64,000 bases of DNA, from NCBI GenBank assembly GCA_964634945.1, contig CAZWMG010000005.1, forward strand, positions 16,306 to 80,305, written 5' to 3'. Below are positions 32,334 to 40,496 of this stretch, piece by piece. The notes under the pieces were generated by a model. The model had not been told where the DNA came from and did no database searches. It was given only the letters and a program-made list of their open reading frames with translations. The DNA is from an uncultured Planctomycetia bacterium. GTDB lineage: Bacteria; Omnitrophota; Gorgyraeia; JABMRG01. The number at the start of each line of letters is the position of its first letter. Within the stretch, counting starts at the first letter, position 1. The translations under genes were made by a program, and so were the position numbers.

Positions 32334-33080
32334 TTAGAAGAAATATTGCAGATAGGGCCTTTTTGATGAGGCTGTCAAGTAGGCTTTAATATATAATTTG
32401 CCATTACGAAAAAAGGATATTTCCGCGGGAGCATTGGAAGAATACCTCTGAAATACTCTTACTACATCCTGCGCAAGGTCTTTAAAAAACCAGGTATCAT
32501 TTGAAGCGCTATCCAATTCTATCTCTACTATGTAGCTGCCATCCAGCATATTTATATTCTTAACTACATACTGATGGTGATATTTTGTCTGTGTCCGCAA
32601 GGCTGTCCTTATATAAGATATCCTTGTATTGAGGCTGGCAGGTTGGGGGAGATTAAACCTGCCGGAAAAAATTTCTGTGTTTGAATACGCTAAAAACAGA
32701 ACAAATGGCAAGGTAAGGGCGACTACAATAAAAAAGACCCATTTCGTTTTTCTGCGAAATGAGTTTTCTACATTCATAATCAATCGCTGGGCCTGTATAT
32801 CAAGCCTCTCTGTAATCTCTGTTGCGCGCTTTTCTAAGAACTCCTGCTCCTTCTTTATCTTCCTGTCAAAGGAAAGCAGGCTTTCATAATAGAGATTGTT
32901 AAGATTCTTAGGCTGGAGATTCGGTTTTATATATTCAATATCTTCACGGCCTTTAGCAAGAGTCTCGAGATTAGCTATCTCTTTTTCAAGCTGGAGTATC
33001 TTCTTATGATAGGCCTCTTCTCTGATACTTTTGTCGCCAAATAGGCGTATCTCGTTATCATCTTTATTTGGATATGGCAT
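32334..33080 (-). CDS. Hypothetical membrane protein: N-terminal cytoplasmic coiled coil, one TM helix, ~105-aa extracytoplasmic C-domain
   Basis: 248 aa with heptad-like KKILQLEKEIANLETLAKG..., a TM segment WVFFIVVALTLPFVLFLAY, and no family recognised by eye. A possible promoter TTGACT-15-TATATA abuts the ATG with no SD, so the mRNA may be leaderless. Confidence 0.6.
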   Translation of the reverse strand: MPYPNKDDNEIRLFGDKSIREEAYHKKILQLEKEIANLETLAKGREDIEYIKPNLQPKNLNNLYYESLLSFDRKIKKEQEFLEKRATEITERLDIQAQRLIMNVENSFRRKTKWVFFIVVALTLPFVLFLAYSNTEIFSGRFNLPQPASLNTRISYIRTALRTQTKYHHQYVVKNINMLDGSYIVEIELDSASNDTWFFKDLAQDVVRVFQRYSSNAPAEISFFRNGKLYIKAYLTASSKRPYLQYFF

Positions 33081-33268
33081 AATGTAAATATATACTACAT
33101 ATAGGCAAAAGTCAAGGGATGACGTTAATATGGTTAGACTGAGAACTTGGAAACAGTTGCCAAGCTGTGAGGAACAGTGGGCGCTATTTTGTTAATGGAG
33201 CGGACAGGCTTCGCTTTTTCAATACGCTTTACCGTGTCCAAACTATGCCAGCCTATTCAGTGTAACCG

Positions 33269-33344
33269 GATGGAGCGGGAGACGGGGCTCGAACCCGCGA
33301 CAGTCTGCTTGGAAAGCAGAAGCTCTACCAACTGAGCTACTCCC
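33269..33344 (-). tRNA. trnG: tRNA-Gly (anticodon TCC)
   Basis: GCGGGAGTAGCTCAGTTGGTAGAGCTTCTGCTTTCCAAGCAGACTGTCGCGGGTTCGAGCCCCGTCTCCCGCTCCA. Confidence 0.9.
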
Positions 33345-33528
33345 GCTCATTATCGTACTACGAAGTAGCGTCCCGTCCTCCGAAGCCCAGGCTCTGATAT
33401 TCACATCAAAGGGCGAAGGGGGAAGCTACTCCCGCTCGTGTATCTTATAAACACATTTAAGCAATTATTTATTGCCACATTATAACAGTTCGGAAAAAAT
33501 ATTTCAATCTAAAATAGTACAACCGCGG

Positions 33529-33948
33529 TTATTCACCTATCATCTTTACCATAACTCTTTTTTTGCGTGAACCGTCGAATTCACCGTAAAAGATCTGTTC
33601 CCATGGGCCAAAGTCAAGCTGACCCCTTGTAATGGCTATAACAACCTCACGGCCCATTATAGTCCTCTTGAGATGAGCGTCGCCATTATCCTCACCTGTA
33701 AGGTTATGCTGATATCGGCTAAGCGGCTTATGCGGGATATAGTGCTCCAACCAATTTTCAAAATCCTGATGTAAGCCACTTTCGTTGTCATTTATAAATA
33801 CACTCGCTGTTATATGCATAGCATTTACCAGGCAAAGGCCCTCTTCTATTTTGCTTTTATCAAGACACTTCTCTACTTTTTCTGTTATATTAAGGAACTC
33901 TCTTCGTTTAACGGTCTCAAACCATAAATATTCTGTATAACTCTTCAT
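33529..33948 (-). CDS. yjbQ: YjbQ/UPF0047 family protein (secondary thiamine-phosphate synthase-like)
   Basis: 139 aa with [24 protein letters not shown]...[19 protein letters not shown]...[20 protein letters not shown], matching the family consensus recalled from memory. Confidence 0.7.
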   Translation of the reverse strand: MKSYTEYLWFETVKRREFLNITEKVEKCLDKSKIEEGLCLVNAMHITASVFINDNESGLHQDFENWLEHYIPHKPLSRYQHNLTGEDNGDAHLKRTIMGREVVIAITRGQLDFGPWEQIFYGEFDGSRKKRVMVKMIGE

Positions 33949-34020
33949 TGTTCCTCCAATTATTAATTTACAGCATCCCTATATAACTATAATAGTATAT
34001 AATATATATAAGTATATTCA

Positions 34021-34494
34021 TTAATAAATCGTGTTCAACAAGCCTGCGAACCTACCTGCAAAGCGTTTACACTCTTTTTTTGCTCTATCATCCGGTGCGC
34101 CGATAGCAACAGGGCCATAATGACTCCCATTTGGATCGCCCTGAATAACAAAACCATGAATGAGCATCGCGTTTATGATCTCCAATATAGTGGTTTCATT
34201 GCCTCCCGCTATATTTGCCGCGGAAGAGAACGCACCGCCTACCTTGCCATCGAGTTTACCGTGTATCTCAACTGTTTCATCAAGAAGCGTCTTTACCTGT
34301 GCCGCCATTGTCCCGTAATAAGTAGGTGAGCCTATTATCAGGCCATCCGCAACTTCAAGTTCATCTACTTTAACATCTGTTACTGTTTTTAAGGTTACGT
34401 CGTGACCTTTTACCTTTAGTTCATCCGCGATAATCTTTGCCATCTTCTCAGTGTTTCCTGTTCTTGAATAATATAACACCAATACACTTGCCAT
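34021..34494 (-). CDS. Flavodoxin-like fold protein (WrbA/NAD(P)H-dependent FMN reductase family)
   Basis: MASVLVLYYSRTGNTEKMAKIIA...GLIIGSPTYYGTMAAQVKTLLD...GGAFSS, the flavodoxin FMN-binding pattern. Confidence 0.65.
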   Translation of the reverse strand: MASVLVLYYSRTGNTEKMAKIIADELKVKGHDVTLKTVTDVKVDELEVADGLIIGSPTYYGTMAAQVKTLLDETVEIHGKLDGKVGGAFSSAANIAGGNETTILEIINAMLIHGFVIQGDPNGSHYGPVAIGAPDDRAKKECKRFAGRFAGLLNTIY

Positions 34495-34515
34495 AGTCTC
34501 CCCCTAAAGTTAAAA

Positions 34516-34550
34516 AGCTAAACAATATAATATGTTTAGCTAATTTTTTT
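34516..34550. terminator. 9-bp perfect hairpin AGCTAAACA-atataatat-TGTTTAGCT with T-runs on both sides
   Basis: Sits between tRNA-Tyr and the flavodoxin-like gene. It could end the tRNA transcript. Confidence 0.4.
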
Positions 34551-34734
34551 CATGCTTCATTGATACAAACCGCTTTCCCTCCCTATTCGGTCGGCGCAGG
34601 CTCTCTTCAAATCTTTAAAAATGGCTTGCCATGCACCCGAGTCTTGCCCTATACCATTCGTCGCTTTCCGCCGTAGGCGAACAGGTGCTCCTCAGGTTCA
34701 GGGCATGCACCATATACGCAAGATGAGTGGTGCA

Positions 34735-34819
34735 TGGTGGGCAGGGAAGGATTTGAACCTTCGAAGGCGAAGCCGGCAGATTTACAGTCTGCTGCCATTG
34801 ACCACTCGGCCACCTACCC
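34735..34819 (-). tRNA. trnY: tRNA-Tyr (anticodon GTA), long variable arm
   Basis: GGGTAGGTGGCCGAGTGGTCAATGGCAGCAGACTGTAAATCTGCCGGCTTCGCCTTCGAAGGTTCAAATCCTTCCCTGCCCACCA. Confidence 0.9.
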
Positions 34820-34909
34820 ACGCAATATATTTTAAGCACTTTTTTCAAAGTTCGGTCTTTAGTTTTCGGCGATAACCTGTAACCTAAAACCGCACACCGA
34901 ATGAAGGAA

Positions 34910-34985
34910 TGGAGCCGGCGAGAGGAGTCGAACCCCCGACATCCTCATTACAAGTGAGGCGCTCTACCAACTGAGCTACGCCGGC
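34910..34985 (-). tRNA. trnT: tRNA-Thr (anticodon TGT); T-stem has two G-U pairs
   Basis: GCCGGCGTAGCTCAGTTGGTAGAGCGCCTCACTTGTAATGAGGATGTCGGGGGTTCGACTCCTCTCGCCGGCTCCA. Confidence 0.8.
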
Positions 34986-34994
34986 GCATAAAAA

Positions 34995-35861
34995 TTATTT
35001 ATAGGCCTTCTTAAATGCCTGTGGGAGAAATTCTAAAAGATCGGTTGCCTTAAGAGATATCTCTGTCTTTGTCTTGGCTGCTATATCTCCTGAAAGGCCG
35101 TGTATATACGCACCAAGCCTTGCTGCCTTAAACGAATCCATGCTTGATGCTAAAAACGCTCCTATAATACCTGTCAAAACATCACCGCACCCGCCTGAAG
35201 CCATTCCCGGATTACCTGATAAATTAATATATATCTCTTTGCGCGGTGAGGCTACAACTGTCTTGTATCCTTTCAAAACAGTTGTTACATTATATTCGGT
35301 TGCGAACTTTTTTGCAACATCTTTTTTATTTTTATTAACAAAAGATAATCTTAATCCTGTAAGCCTGGCCATCTCACCGGAATGGGGAGTGATAATCGTA
35401 TTGCGTATTGCGTTGTGCGTTGTGCGTAAAATACGTAGATGGCCTTGTAAAGCATTTAAGGCATCCGCGTCAAGTACCATAGGGATATCTATGCTACTTA
35501 TCAACGAACGTATCAGGGTTTGAGTCTGCCTGTTTTGTGAAAGGCCGGGGCCTACAATAACGCAATCACACTTTTTGGAGAAATCTTTTATTTTGCTATA
35601 TGCTGCCCTTGAAAAAGACCGCTCTTTTGTCTCAGGCAGAGGAAGTGTCATAACCTCTGTAAGCTTGCGTTCCATTATAGAATTTAAGCTTTTTGGTATT
35701 GCCAGCGTAACAAGTCCGGCGCCCGCAAGAAGAGCCGCTTGCGAAGATAAATACGCGGCCCCTGTCATTCCTAATGAACCAGCGATTACAAAAACATGGC
35801 CGTAGTCACCTTTGTGGCTATCCTGTTTGCGTTTTTTTATACTCAAGCTGCGCCTTGCCAT
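34995..35861 (-). CDS. nnr: ADP-dependent NAD(P)H-hydrate dehydratase (YjeF C-terminal/carbohydrate-kinase family)
   Basis: GDYGHVFVIAGSLGMTGAAYLSSQAALLAGAGLV ... DADALNAL ... TPHSGEMARL ... GNPGMASGGCGDVLTG. Confidence 0.85.
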   Translation of the reverse strand: MARRSLSIKKRKQDSHKGDYGHVFVIAGSLGMTGAAYLSSQAALLAGAGLVTLAIPKSLNSIMERKLTEVMTLPLPETKERSFSRAAYSKIKDFSKKCDCVIVGPGLSQNRQTQTLIRSLISSIDIPMVLDADALNALQGHLRILRTTHNAIRNTIITPHSGEMARLTGLRLSFVNKNKKDVAKKFATEYNVTTVLKGYKTVVASPRKEIYINLSGNPGMASGGCGDVLTGIIGAFLASSMDSFKAARLGAYIHGLSGDIAAKTKTEISLKATDLLEFLPQAFKKAYK

Positions 35862-35864
35862 AAT

Positions 35865-36251
35865 TTACACTTTACCATTAACTAATATAACGCTTGCCAC
35901 AGCATAGGTACGTGTATGAGACATACTTATAATAATATTTTTTACACCCAAAGCTGTGCTTACCCGCTCAACTTCTCCTGTTAAGCGCACATTTGGTTTG
36001 CCGGATTCTTCGTTCCAAACCTCGATATCCCTCCACTCCATTCTGCTTGTCAAGCCGCTACCTAATGCCTTTAATACAGCTTCTTTCGCCGCAAACCTCG
36101 CGGCAAGATGCTGATACGAAGAGGTCTTCTCATTGGAATATTCAAGTTCTTTATCAGTAAATATCTTTAACAGGAAATTTTTCTGCCATTTTTTAGCGGC
36201 ATTCTTTATCCTTGATATCTCTACCATATCTATGCCTGTGCCTATTATCAT
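35865..36251 (-). CDS. acpS: Holo-[acyl-carrier-protein] synthase
   Basis: MIIGTGIDMVEISRI ... FAAKEAVLKALG. Confidence 0.9.
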   Translation of the reverse strand: MIIGTGIDMVEISRIKNAAKKWQKNFLLKIFTDKELEYSNEKTSSYQHLAARFAAKEAVLKALGSGLTSRMEWRDIEVWNEESGKPNVRLTGEVERVSTALGVKNIIISMSHTRTYAVASVILVNGKV

Positions 36252-36252
36252 A

Positions 36253-36972
36253 TTACACGCATGATGCTATCTTCTTCATCTCTTTAACAGCGTTGCCGAT
36301 ACCGATAAACACAGATGCCGCGATAATAGAAAAACCTATATTAAGCTCTTCGATATTAGGTATCTTAGCTATTGCCGGAGCATTAGCATAATCGAGTCCG
36401 TGTCCGGCATTTACGCCAAAACCCATACTATTGCCGTAAAAGACTGACTCTTCAATCCTGTTAAATTCCCTCTTACGCGCTGATCCGGTCTTCGCGTTAG
36501 CATAGGAACCTGTATGGAGCTCTATATAATCGGCGCCTATATCCTTAGAGGCCTTTATCTGTGATCTGATTGGATCTATAAATAGATTTAAAGATATGCC
36601 CTTGCTCTTTAGCTTGCTGATAACGCTGGCTATCTTTTTTTTATGCTTTACCACATCGAGCCCGCCTTCTGTGGTAAGCTCCCGGCGCTTTTCAGGAACA
36701 AGGGTTGCCTGATCAGGTCTTATCTTACACGCGATACTAACTATCTCCGCCGCGGCAGACATCTCCAGATTAAGCCTGGTTGTTACAGATATTTTTAGTC
36801 TCTTTAAATCATTATCATTGATATGCCTTCTATCAACACGAAGGTGGCAGACTATACTATCAGCTCCCGATGCTTCACATATCTTAGCCACCTTTACCGG
36901 ATCGGGAAAGAGTTCTCCGCGAGCTTGGCGCAGAGTCGCTATATGGTCTATATTTACACCTAATTTAGGCAT
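36253..36972 (-). CDS. pdxJ: Pyridoxine 5'-phosphate synthase
   Basis: MPKLGVNIDHIATLRQARG ... DPIRSQIKASKDIGADYIELHTG ... GFGVNAGHGL. Confidence 0.9.
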   Translation of the reverse strand: MPKLGVNIDHIATLRQARGELFPDPVKVAKICEASGADSIVCHLRVDRRHINDNDLKRLKISVTTRLNLEMSAAAEIVSIACKIRPDQATLVPEKRRELTTEGGLDVVKHKKKIASVISKLKSKGISLNLFIDPIRSQIKASKDIGADYIELHTGSYANAKTGSARKREFNRIEESVFYGNSMGFGVNAGHGLDYANAPAIAKIPNIEELNIGFSIIAASVFIGIGNAVKEMKKIASCV

Positions 36973-38330
36973 TCTAGTTCTTCCCTCGCTGTCTTGGCAA
37001 TATCCTCAGCAACGTCTTTTATCTCCAGGCTATTCTGCCCTTCTACCATTATCCTCAGCTTATTCTCTGTACCTGAATAACGGATGTATAGCCTCCCCTT
37101 CGCTCCTAATTTTTTCTCACTCTTTTCTATAATCTTCTTAGTCTTTGTCAACTCCTCAACGGGTTTCTTACTCGCTACATCAATATTTAATAGTATCTGG
37201 GGAAACTTATACATTGCCCTGCTAAGCTGACTTAAACTCTTTCCTGTCTCAGCCATAATCTTCAGTATAAAGAGCGCCGTCAACAGGCCGTCTCCTGTTG
37301 TAGTGTGATGAAGAAGTATAACATGCCCGGACTGCTCTCCACCAAGATTGAGTTTTGCCTTAAGCATCTTCTCCAGAACATACTTGTCACCAACATCAGT
37401 CTTTATAAGCCTTCCGCCCCATTGGCTTATCGCCATCTCTAACCCGAGATTGCTCATCTGGGTAGTAACGATAGAGTTTTTGGTCAAAAGGTTTTTTTCT
37501 GATAGATATTTTGAAATAATCGCCAGTATGAAATCGCCATCCAATATTTGGCCCTTTTCATCAGAGAGTATAACGCGGTCTCCATCACCATCAAAGGCAA
37601 ACCCACAATCCAATCCTTCTTCAACCACATACTCCGAAATAACATTCGGATGAAGTGAGCCACACTCCTGGTTTATGTTATCACCGGTAGGCGTATTATT
37701 GATGCTTCTTATATCAATAGATAGCTCTTTTGCTGTTTGGGGCACAAGATACGATATCGCTCCGAAGGCGCAATCAGCTCCTATCTTATAGTTTGACAGA
37801 TCGGAATCCTTTATAATCTCTCTCAACAAATCCATATACGCTGCCGTAGGATTTGGCTCATCTTTTACCTTGCCGATTAAAATATCCTCTCCTTGAGAGG
37901 ATCCGCTCTCATCTTCTGATGATATAAGAAGCTCTATCTCAAGCTCTTCTTTTGGCGAAAGCTTGTAACCTTTATGTGTAAAGAATTTTAAACCATTGTC
38001 ATCTACACCATTATGCGACGCGGAAATAACTATCCCCATATCATGATTTAATTTTTTAGCCAGGAAAGCGGCGCAGGGCGTTGTCATAACACCAAGCTTA
38101 ATAGCGTCAACACCGCAGGAGGTTATACCTTTTATAAGCTGGTCCTCGAACATCTCTCCGGAAACACGGGTATCTTTCGCTATTGATATATGTTGAGACT
38201 TTCTCTTATGCGGATTTGCTTTTTTTGCATATATTGCCGCTGCTTTTCCTATCTTGTAAACCATCTCTTCTGTTAACGGGTAAACTCCAACTTTTCCTCT
38301 TATGCCATCTGTGCCAAAGAGTACGCTCAT
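36960..38330 (-). CDS. glmM: Phosphoglucosamine mutase
   Basis: MSVLFGTDGIRGKVG ... ISASHNGVDDNGLKFF (active-site Ser) ... DGDGDR. Confidence 0.9.
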   Translation of the reverse strand: MSVLFGTDGIRGKVGVYPLTEEMVYKIGKAAAIYAKKANPHKRKSQHISIAKDTRVSGEMFEDQLIKGITSCGVDAIKLGVMTTPCAAFLAKKLNHDMGIVISASHNGVDDNGLKFFTHKGYKLSPKEELEIELLISSEDESGSSQGEDILIGKVKDEPNPTAAYMDLLREIIKDSDLSNYKIGADCAFGAISYLVPQTAKELSIDIRSINNTPTGDNINQECGSLHPNVISEYVVEEGLDCGFAFDGDGDRVILSDEKGQILDGDFILAIISKYLSEKNLLTKNSIVTTQMSNLGLEMAISQWGGRLIKTDVGDKYVLEKMLKAKLNLGGEQSGHVILLHHTTTGDGLLTALFILKIMAETGKSLSQLSRAMYKFPQILLNIDVASKKPVEELTKTKKIIEKSEKKLGAKGRLYIRYSGTENKLRIMVEGQNSLEIKDVAEDIAKTAREELECLN

Positions 38331-38349
38331 ATCTTGATTTTTTCTCCTT

Positions 38350-38799
38350 CTATCTGCGTTTTATTTTTTTTATGGGGATAGTAACTCGCGCCATGCCTTC
38401 ATAGCCGATCTTGCAGCTCGGAACTTGCGTAATACCAACATCCTGTTTTACGGTGCTGAACTTGCGATGAACCGCTACGGGCGCTGTTGAGATATACAAG
38501 AGATCCTTAATAATCTCCGGGGGGCCAGCAACCACTGAGTGGGAAGGGCTTATCGCTATCTTATCCAATACTATCCTATAGCCAGGGGCAGGTTCGCCTT
38601 CTATATTCACATAGATAGGCAGTGATTTCACTATAAACTTCTCACCTGATACCTTTATTAAGGAGGCTGCCTCCGTTTCCTTGCTAAGGCTTTCTCTGTA
38701 AAGCTGTCCGCCTATATAGCTCCATGTAAAGAGCGCAAGCGCCAGGGATATCACCTTTATAGAAAAATTATTTAGAAGAACGCCTCTTAGCATTTTCAT
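38350..38799 (-). CDS. YbbR-like (CdaR-type) single-domain membrane-anchored protein
   Basis: 149 aa with an N-terminal TM and a beta-rich domain. It sits in the conserved cdaA-cdaR-glmM position. Confidence 0.45.
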   Translation of the reverse strand: MKMLRGVLLNNFSIKVISLALALFTWSYIGGQLYRESLSKETEAASLIKVSGEKFIVKSLPIYVNIEGEPAPGYRIVLDKIAISPSHSVVAGPPEIIKDLLYISTAPVAVHRKFSTVKQDVGITQVPSCKIGYEGMARVTIPIKKIKRR

Positions 38800-38839
38800 T
38801 TAATTATAGGGCCCCTATTTGTCTTTATAGTCATAATGC

Positions 38840-39649
38840 TCATTTTTTTCTCTTGAATATCTTGATAAAGCTTTTTTTCTTACGGCGAGCGGGTCGGCAA
38901 AGGTTATTTAAGACCCTCTCAAGGCCTTCTTTATCAAGGTCTCTTGTAAGTCTCCCATTTATAGCGATAGAGACTGACCCTGTCTCCTCTGAGACTACTA
39001 CAACTATGGCATCTGTCTGCTCTGTCAATCCGATAGCCGCACGATGACGCGTACCTAGGCTGCGATTTATGCGCGGGTTATCTGACAAAGGCAGAAGGCA
39101 TCCTGCCGCTACAATGCGTTCACCATGGATAATAAGGCCCCCGTCATGAAGCGGTGTACTGGGCATAAATATAGTAGCGAGCAATTCCTGGCTTACGCGG
39201 CTATCAAGAACAATGCCTGTCTCTGTATACGCCTTCAGAGAGGTTGTTCTCTCTATAGCCAGTATCGCGCCTATCTTCTTCTTTGATAAAAGAAACGCCG
39301 CGTTTACAATCTCACCTATAATATGCTCTTCTACTACAAAAGCCCTTAATAGGCCTTGTTCTCCGATACGCGCCAGGCCCTGGCGTAATTCAGGATGAAA
39401 GATAATTAAAAACGCGAGCACTAAAAGCGCGAAAAACTTCTCAATTATCCAATTAAGCGTATAGAGCCCCATGCGCTGTGAAAGAAAAGTCGTGGTAATA
39501 ACTATTATAATCAGAAGTATTATAAGCCCTTTCAATACTTGAAAAGCCCTTGTCTCTTTTACGAAGACAAAGACCGTATAAAACGCGGCCCAGAGAATCG
39601 CTATCTCCAGTAAAGGCTTCCATATACTTGCTACATATTCTATCATCAT
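38840..39649 (-). CDS. cdaA: Diadenylate cyclase CdaA (DAC domain, three N-terminal TM helices)
   Basis: PLHDGGLIIHGERIVAAGCLLPLS ... LGTRHRAAIGLTEQTDAIVVVVSEETG. Confidence 0.85.
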   Translation of the reverse strand: MMIEYVASIWKPLLEIAILWAAFYTVFVFVKETRAFQVLKGLIILLIIIVITTTFLSQRMGLYTLNWIIEKFFALLVLAFLIIFHPELRQGLARIGEQGLLRAFVVEEHIIGEIVNAAFLLSKKKIGAILAIERTTSLKAYTETGIVLDSRVSQELLATIFMPSTPLHDGGLIIHGERIVAAGCLLPLSDNPRINRSLGTRHRAAIGLTEQTDAIVVVVSEETGSVSIAINGRLTRDLDKEGLERVLNNLCRPARRKKKSFIKIFKRKK

Positions 39650-39653
39650 AGGA

Positions 39654-40496
39654 TCAATCCAATCTTATAGAACGTGCTATCTTAACTGCCGCTACAGCCT
39701 CTTTAACATCATGGACCCTTAGGATATCAGCACCGTTATAAGCCGCTATCGCGTTTGCGGCAATCGTAGGGGGCAATCTATCCTCTACGCCAAGCGCTGA
39801 AAGAGTGCCGATAAATGATTTCCTTGATAGTCCTATCATCAAAGGAAACCCTATTTTTTTAAAGTAACCTATATTTCTTATGATTTCAAGATTATGCTTT
39901 AGTCTCTTGCCAAAACCTATGCCCGGGTCTATTATAATGGACTCTTTTTTTACCCCGGCGGATCTCGCGATCTTTAGGCTTTTGCGAATACTTTCTGAGA
40001 TATCGCATAATAAATTTTTATACACAGGGTTCTTCTGCATTGTACGGGGCTTACCCTTGATATGCATTATTACAAGCCCTGCTGAATATTCAGCGCAAAG
40101 CGTTGCCAGTCTCTTGTCATTGCTAAGACCGGATATATCATTTATTATAGACGCGCCGTTTTTTAACGCGGCGGAAGCGACTTCGTATTTTGTGGTATCA
40201 ACAGAGATAGGTATCTTAAGCGCGTGCTTAAGATTACTAATAACAGGCATTATCCTGTTTATCTCATCGTCTGCGGATACGCTTAAAGATCCCGGACGAG
40301 TTGATTCCGCGCCTATATCTATAATGTCAGCGCCTTCCTTCTCCATCCGGAGCGCTCTTTTACGCGCGATACCTGCCTTCAAAAACTTTCCACCATCAAA
40401 AAAGGAGTCAGGCGTTACATTAAGAACGCCCATAACAAGCGTTCTCTTAGAAAGATCAAACTTATACCTGCGGGCTGTCAGGATCCTTTTTTGCAT
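39654..40496 (-). CDS. folP: Dihydropteroate synthase (start uncertain; the ORF-track start at 40583 would overlap ftsH by 120 nt)
   Basis: LVMGVLNVTPDSFFDGG ... ADIIDIGAESTRPG ... SVDTTK... IINDISG. Confidence 0.85.
   Translation of the reverse strand: MQKRILTARRYKFDLSKRTLVMGVLNVTPDSFFDGGKFLKAGIARKRALRMEKEGADIIDIGAESTRPGSLSVSADDEINRIMPVISNLKHALKIPISVDTTKYEVASAALKNGASIINDISGLSNDKRLATLCAEYSAGLVIMHIKGKPRTMQKNPVYKNLLCDISESIRKSLKIARSAGVKKESIIIDPGIGFGKRLKHNLEIIRNIGYFKKIGFPLMIGLSRKSFIGTLSALGVEDRLPPTIAANAIAAYNGADILRVHDVKEAVAAVKIARSIRLD

Noticed and set aside
34615-34848. Minus-strand 77-aa ORF (MKKVLKIYCVGRWPSGQWQQ...).
   Set aside because: It fully overlaps tRNA-Tyr (34735-34819) and its structured trailer. 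The Cys/Pro/Trp-rich composition comes from translating tRNA sequence. It is not a gene.
32070-34994. Possible integrated mobile element or genomic island in the tRNA cluster.
   Set aside because: No integrase, recombinase, transposase or phage genes are present. Only 9-14-nt tRNA-end repeats were found. The pattern is reported as a decayed or ancestral insertion, and no mobile_element feature is called.
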